Source: Gemmatimonadales bacterium (lineage in GTDB: Bacteria > Gemmatimonadota > Gemmatimonadetes > Gemmatimonadales > GWC2-71-9). Taken from it: a stretch of 64,000 nt of DNA. This document shows positions 60,822 through 64,000 of this stretch, in pieces. The notes below the pieces were generated by a model. The model made no database searches. It was not told the origin of the DNA and was given only the letters and a program-made list of their open reading frames with translations. Positions within the stretch are counted from its first letter, which is position 1. Every line of letters begins with the position of its first letter. Location of the stretch: the NCBI GenBank assembly GCA_035577025.1, contig DATLVU010000027.1, positions 6,021 to 70,020 on the forward strand, written 5' to 3'. Both the position numbers and the translations under genes were made by a program.

Positions 60822-61273
60822 GTGCGCGTGCCCTTGATGCCGCGTGCGAGCTCGCGCTCGGCCTCGCGCCGTTTGAGATCCTCGCGTTTGTCATGGAGCT
60901 TCTTCGCCTTCGCCAGTGCGATCACGACCTTCGCGAGGCCGTCCTTGAAATAGAGCTCGAGGGGAACGATCGTGAGGCCCTTTCGGCTCGTGCCGCCGAT
61001 CAGCTTGCGGATCTCGTTCGCGTGGAGGAGGAGCTTACGGGAGCGGGCGGGCGGAGGGTTGTTGTAACTGCCGGGTCGGTACGCCGCGATCGTCATGCCT
61101 TCGAGCCACACCTCGCCGTTGCGCACGTGCGCGTACGCCTCGCCGAGACTCGCCTTGCCCGCGCGCAGGGACTTGACCTCCGTGCCCGTAAGCACGAGAC
61201 CCGCCTCCCACGTTTCCAGGAGATGGTAGTCATGTCGCGCCCGCGGATTGCGGGCGATGGAGACTTTGTCCAC
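60818..61273 (-). CDS. smpB: SsrA-binding protein
   Basis: IARNPRARHDYHLLETWEAGLVLTGTEVKSLR. 151 aa. Confidence 0.93.
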   Translation of the reverse strand: MDKVSIARNPRARHDYHLLETWEAGLVLTGTEVKSLRAGKASLGEAYAHVRNGEVWLEGMTIAAYRPGSYNNPPPARSRKLLLHANEIRKLIGGTSRKGLTIVPLELYFKDGLAKVVIALAKAKKLHDKREDLKRREAERELARGIKGTRT

Positions 61274-61321
61274 CGGGCCAGCGCAAGATAGAAACCGTGA
61301 TGAGAGCGGTCAAGCCAAGAG

Positions 61322-61351
61322 TTGACTTGAGGTTATACCGCCGTCTATATT
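61322..61351 (+). promoter_or_regulatory. Candidate sigma70-type promoter for tRNA-Leu
   Basis: TTGACT (61322-61327), an 18-nt spacer, then TATATT (61346-61351), about 18 nt before the tRNA 5' end. Confidence 0.45.
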
Positions 61352-61368
61352 CGCCGTTCCGCGCACCA

Positions 61369-61452
61369 GCCGAAGTGGTGGAACTGGTAGACGCGCTGGC
61401 TTCAGGAGCCAGTGGGCGCAAGCCCGTGGGGGTTCGAGTCCCCCCTTCGGCA
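61369..61452 (+). tRNA. tRNA-Leu (anticodon CAG), type II with long variable arm, no encoded CCA
   Basis: The acceptor stem is GCCGAAG/CTTCGGC plus discriminator A. The anticodon stem-loop is CTGGC-TTCAGGA-GCCAG. The T arm is GGGGGTTCGAGTCCCCC. It is close to E. coli tRNA-Leu(CAG) from memory. Confidence 0.9.
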
Positions 61453-61474
61453 CTGACCCGTCTCCGTCGACTTC

Positions 61475-62935
61475 TCAGTACCTCGGCAGACTCCGATCCA
61501 CGTTCACCGCCCACGCGTCGATTCCACCGCGCAGGCTGCGCACTTTGGAGAATCCCGCGGCCTTCAGGATCTCGAGCGCCTTGAGTGAGCGTGACCCGTG
61601 ATGGCAGTGGGTGACGATCTCGTGGTGCCCGTCCAACTCGCCGAGGCGGTCCGGAAGCTCGCCGAGCGGAATGAGCCGGGCGCCGTCGATGTGCGCGATC
61701 GCGTGCTCATGCGGCTCGCGCACGTCGATCACCACGAGCTCAGGGTTACGGTCCCACTCATCTTTCAGCTGCTCCGCAGTTATCTCCGCTCCGTCGTACG
61801 ACGGCTCGGCACCGATCCCACAGAACGCCTCGTAGTCGATCGGCGCGGTGATCGTGGGGTCGCGTCCACAGACGGGGCAATCGGGGTCTTTCTCGAGCTT
61901 CAGCTCGCGGAACTGGAGCTTGAGCGCGTCGAACAGCACCAGGCGTCCGATGAGCGGCTCACCCACACCCAGGATAAGCTTGATCGTCTCCATGGCCTGG
62001 ATCGACCCGATGATGCCGGGCAGCACACCCAGCACTCCGCCTTCTGCACAGGACGGGACAAGCCCCGGCGGCGGCGGCTCCGAGTACAGGCAGCGGTAGC
62101 AGGGGCCCCGCTTGGCGTAGAACACCGACGCCTGCCCCTCGAAGCGGAAGATGGAGCCGTAGACATTCGGTTTATCGAGCAGCACGCAGGCGTCGTTCAC
62201 GAGGTAGCGCGTCGGGAAATTGTCCGTGCCGTCGGCCACCACATCGAACTCTCGGATGATGTCGAGTGCGTTCTCAGACGTGAGGCGCGTCTCGAACGGT
62301 TCGACACGTACATTCGGGTTCAGGTCGTGGATGCGTGCCGCCGCGGATTCGAGCTTGGGCGTGCCCACCGTGGAGGTGCCGTGCAGGATCTGTCGCTGCA
62401 GGTTGGTCTTGTCCACCACGTCGAAATCCACGATGCCGATCGTGCCCACCCCCGCGGCCGCGAGATAAAGCGCCGCGGGCGATCCCAGCCCGCCCGCGCC
62501 CACCAGTAGCACCCGGGCGGCCTTTAGCTTCTTCTGGCCGTCGAGCCCTACATCCGGCAGGATGAGGTGGCGCGAATACCTGAGGATTTCCTCGTGGGAC
62601 AACACGGGGGCAGCCTTCGACGGTATGGGCGCGGCCTGCGGCGCCCCTACGCTTGCGGCGGCCCCACCCGCAATGCTGGGGATGATCGAGATGGTATCCC
62701 CGGGCTTCACCGGCGTATCGCGCTGGGCGAGTTGCCGGATATCGCGGTCGTTCACGTACACATTGACAAAGCTGCGCAACCGGCCGTCGTCAGCAAAGAG
62801 GTGCGGCTTCAGGGTCGCGTGCTCGCCCGTGAGGCGCTCGAGCAGCTCTCCGACATTCCCTCCTTCGACCTCGAGGGCGTCGCGTCCGCCCACGAAGGGA
62901 CGCAGGGGTGTGGGAATCAGGACTGTCACTGCCAT
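61475..62935 (-). CDS. Triple fusion: ThiS/MoaD/CysO-like beta-grasp domain, MoeB/ThiF E1-like adenylyltransferase, rhodanese (MoeZ-like)
   Basis: Residues 1-91 end ...IIPSIAGG. The E1 domain has RYSRHLILPDVG, LVGAGGLGSPAALYLAAAGVG and the CYRC/CPVC cysteines. The rhodanese loop is THCHHGSRS. Confidence 0.85.
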   Translation of the reverse strand: MAVTVLIPTPLRPFVGGRDALEVEGGNVGELLERLTGEHATLKPHLFADDGRLRSFVNVYVNDRDIRQLAQRDTPVKPGDTISIIPSIAGGAAASVGAPQAAPIPSKAAPVLSHEEILRYSRHLILPDVGLDGQKKLKAARVLLVGAGGLGSPAALYLAAAGVGTIGIVDFDVVDKTNLQRQILHGTSTVGTPKLESAAARIHDLNPNVRVEPFETRLTSENALDIIREFDVVADGTDNFPTRYLVNDACVLLDKPNVYGSIFRFEGQASVFYAKRGPCYRCLYSEPPPPGLVPSCAEGGVLGVLPGIIGSIQAMETIKLILGVGEPLIGRLVLFDALKLQFRELKLEKDPDCPVCGRDPTITAPIDYEAFCGIGAEPSYDGAEITAEQLKDEWDRNPELVVIDVREPHEHAIAHIDGARLIPLGELPDRLGELDGHHEIVTHCHHGSRSLKALEILKAAGFSKVRSLRGGIDAWAVNVDRSLPRY

Positions 62936-63369
62936 ACGGCCTTCCGTTCTTCGTTGGTGATCGACTCTTCCTCGAAGGTCCCCCGATCATCCGCGAGGAC
63001 CCAGCTCTTCACTTCGGCCGCCCGCCCGCGCGCCACGCCCACGATCACGTAGGACAGCCGGGGCCAGGCATGGTCCCGGTCGAACGCCGAGGGCGCGGGG
63101 GGGTGATCGGGATGGGAGTGATACACGCCAATGATGTCCAGGCCGTCTCGCTCGAGCCGCTCCTGTGCACGCCGGAACGACTCGGGCTCGATCAAGTAGC
63201 GATTGCGGGCCGAGTCGGTCCGCCGGTTCACGAGCGGTACGAGCTGCACGGCGAGCTTGCGGTCCCCATCCACGGCCCCCCCGATCAAGCCGCAGGCTTC
63301 CGCCGGGTAATCGGCCTCGCCGTGGCGGCGGATCGCCGATACGTGCCGGGAATCGAGCACGAGCGTCAC
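62926..63369 (-). CDS. JAMM/MPN+ (Mov34) metalloprotease, Mec+-like
   Basis: GTG 63367-63369 (a GTGA overlap) is the start. Motifs EACGLIGG and YHSHPDHPPAPSAFD (H-x-H-x7-S-xx-D) are present. Confidence 0.85.
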   Translation of the reverse strand: MTLVLDSRHVSAIRRHGEADYPAEACGLIGGAVDGDRKLAVQLVPLVNRRTDSARNRYLIEPESFRRAQERLERDGLDIIGVYHSHPDHPPAPSAFDRDHAWPRLSYVIVGVARGRAAEVKSWVLADDRGTFEEESITNEERKAVWQ

Positions 63370-64000
63370 GCGGTTTCCCCCGGGCGCCGGCGGGCCTCGC
63401 TCAAGTAGCGAGCCCCCGCGTCGGGCGCGATGACGACTACGACCGCGTCGGACTGTACGCGCCCCGCCGCCACGAGCGCGGCTCCGGTAGACCATCCGAC
63501 CAACAGGCCCGCTTCTCTCGCCAATCGCGCTACCACGGTCTCCGCTTCCTCGGTCGCCACAAACTCGGTGCGGTCCGGCACATCCGGATCGTAGATCCCC
63601 GGGACGATCGCCGTCGCCAGGTGCTTGAGGCCCTCGAGCCCGTGGAACGGCCCGTCCGGCTGCACGGCGATCAACTCGATCCCGTCGTTCAACTCCCGCA
63701 GACGCCGGCCGGTTCCCATCATCGTGCCCGTCGTCCCCAGACCCGCCACGAAGTGGGTCACGCGACCCGACGTTTGGCGCCAGATCTCCTCGGCCGTGGT
63801 CACGTAATGCGCTCGCACGTTGGCCGGATGGTTGTACTGGTCGGCGTACCAGTAGCGGTCCGGTTCCGCGGCCGCGAGCGCCCCCGCCGCGCGGATCGCT
63901 CCGTCCGACCCGTCGAGCGGATCGGTGAAAATCACCTCGGCACCGTACGCCTCGAGGAGCGTCTTGCGTTCGGTGCTCGCATTCCGCGGCACGCACACGG
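63366..64000 (-). CDS. cysM: PLP-dependent cysteine synthase, CysM-type (C-terminal ~210 codons; 5' end beyond window)
   Basis: Blocks YWYADQYNHPANVRAHY and VAGLGTTGTMMGTG (PLP phosphate loop) are present. Its context is with the JAMM protease and the Ubl-E1 fusion. Confidence 0.8.
   Translation of the reverse strand, partial: VCVPRNASTERKTLLEAYGAEVIFTDPLDGSDGAIRAAGALAAAEPDRYWYADQYNHPANVRAHYVTTAEEIWRQTSGRVTHFVAGLGTTGTMMGTGRRLRELNDGIELIAVQPDGPFHGLEGLKHLATAIVPGIYDPDVPDRTEFVATEEAETVVARLAREAGLLVGWSTGAALVAAGRVQSDAVVVVIAPDAGARYLSEARRRPGETA

Noticed and set aside
61274-61368. I looked for tmRNA (ssrA) next to smpB.
   Set aside because: The gap is only 95 nt and is occupied by the tRNA-Leu promoter. 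No tRNA-Ala-like acceptor or tag reading frame is present, so ssrA must be elsewhere.
61369-61452. tRNA-Leu considered as a possible genomic-island integration site.
   Set aside because: No integrase or other mobile genes flank it, and I saw no duplicated tRNA 3' segment. The neighbouring genes (smpB, the sulfur-carrier module) are housekeeping.

Overview
This is a visibly high-G+C window (about two-thirds G+C or more by eye, not computed). It is a very gene-dense chromosomal core region of a diderm bacterium, since Tol-Pal, Pal, BamD and an LptD-like barrel are all present. I call about 63 protein genes and one tRNA. All except a ppiD-like gene, rpmB and tRNA-Leu are on the minus strand, and many junctions are 1-4 nt start/stop overlaps (GTGA is the commonest). 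The content is housekeeping:
- aroQ and an M24 peptidase
- hutHUI
- TatA and TatC
- Tol-Pal (tolQ, tolR, a tolA-like gene, tolB, pal, cpoB)
- galE, hemA, ssb, rimI, tsaB, tsaE, uvrB, relA/spoT, radC, secA, nadD, bamD
- a nucleotide-sugar block (UDP-GlcA, UDP-Xyl, a WbpA/B/E/D-like set, gmd, an rmd-like gene) interleaved with murB and carB
- rpmB and the alpha ribosomal operon (rpmJ, rpsM, rpsK, rpsD, rpoA, rplQ)
- pyrD, pyrF, an amidase and smpB
- a CysO/MoeZ/JAMM/CysM-type sulfur-carrier cysteine module

I saw no transposase, integrase, phage, CRISPR, toxin-antitoxin or recognisable defence genes, so I do not think this is an accessory island. I cannot honestly point to a clearly new multi-gene system.

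The most follow-up-worthy items are:
1. One uninterrupted frame joining TatC to an LptD-like outer-membrane barrel.
2. A ubiquitin-fold carrier fused to its own E1-rhodanese next to a JAMM protease and CysM.
3. Three loci with 7-8 bp periodic repeats forming long hairpins.
4. hutI, whose only plausible start is a CTG in a CTGA overlap.
5. G/C homopolymers of 8-11 nt inside essential genes.

The phylum guess (Gemmatimonadota or a relative in the FCB group) is inference only. All family assignments come from motifs read by eye and from memory, not from searches.
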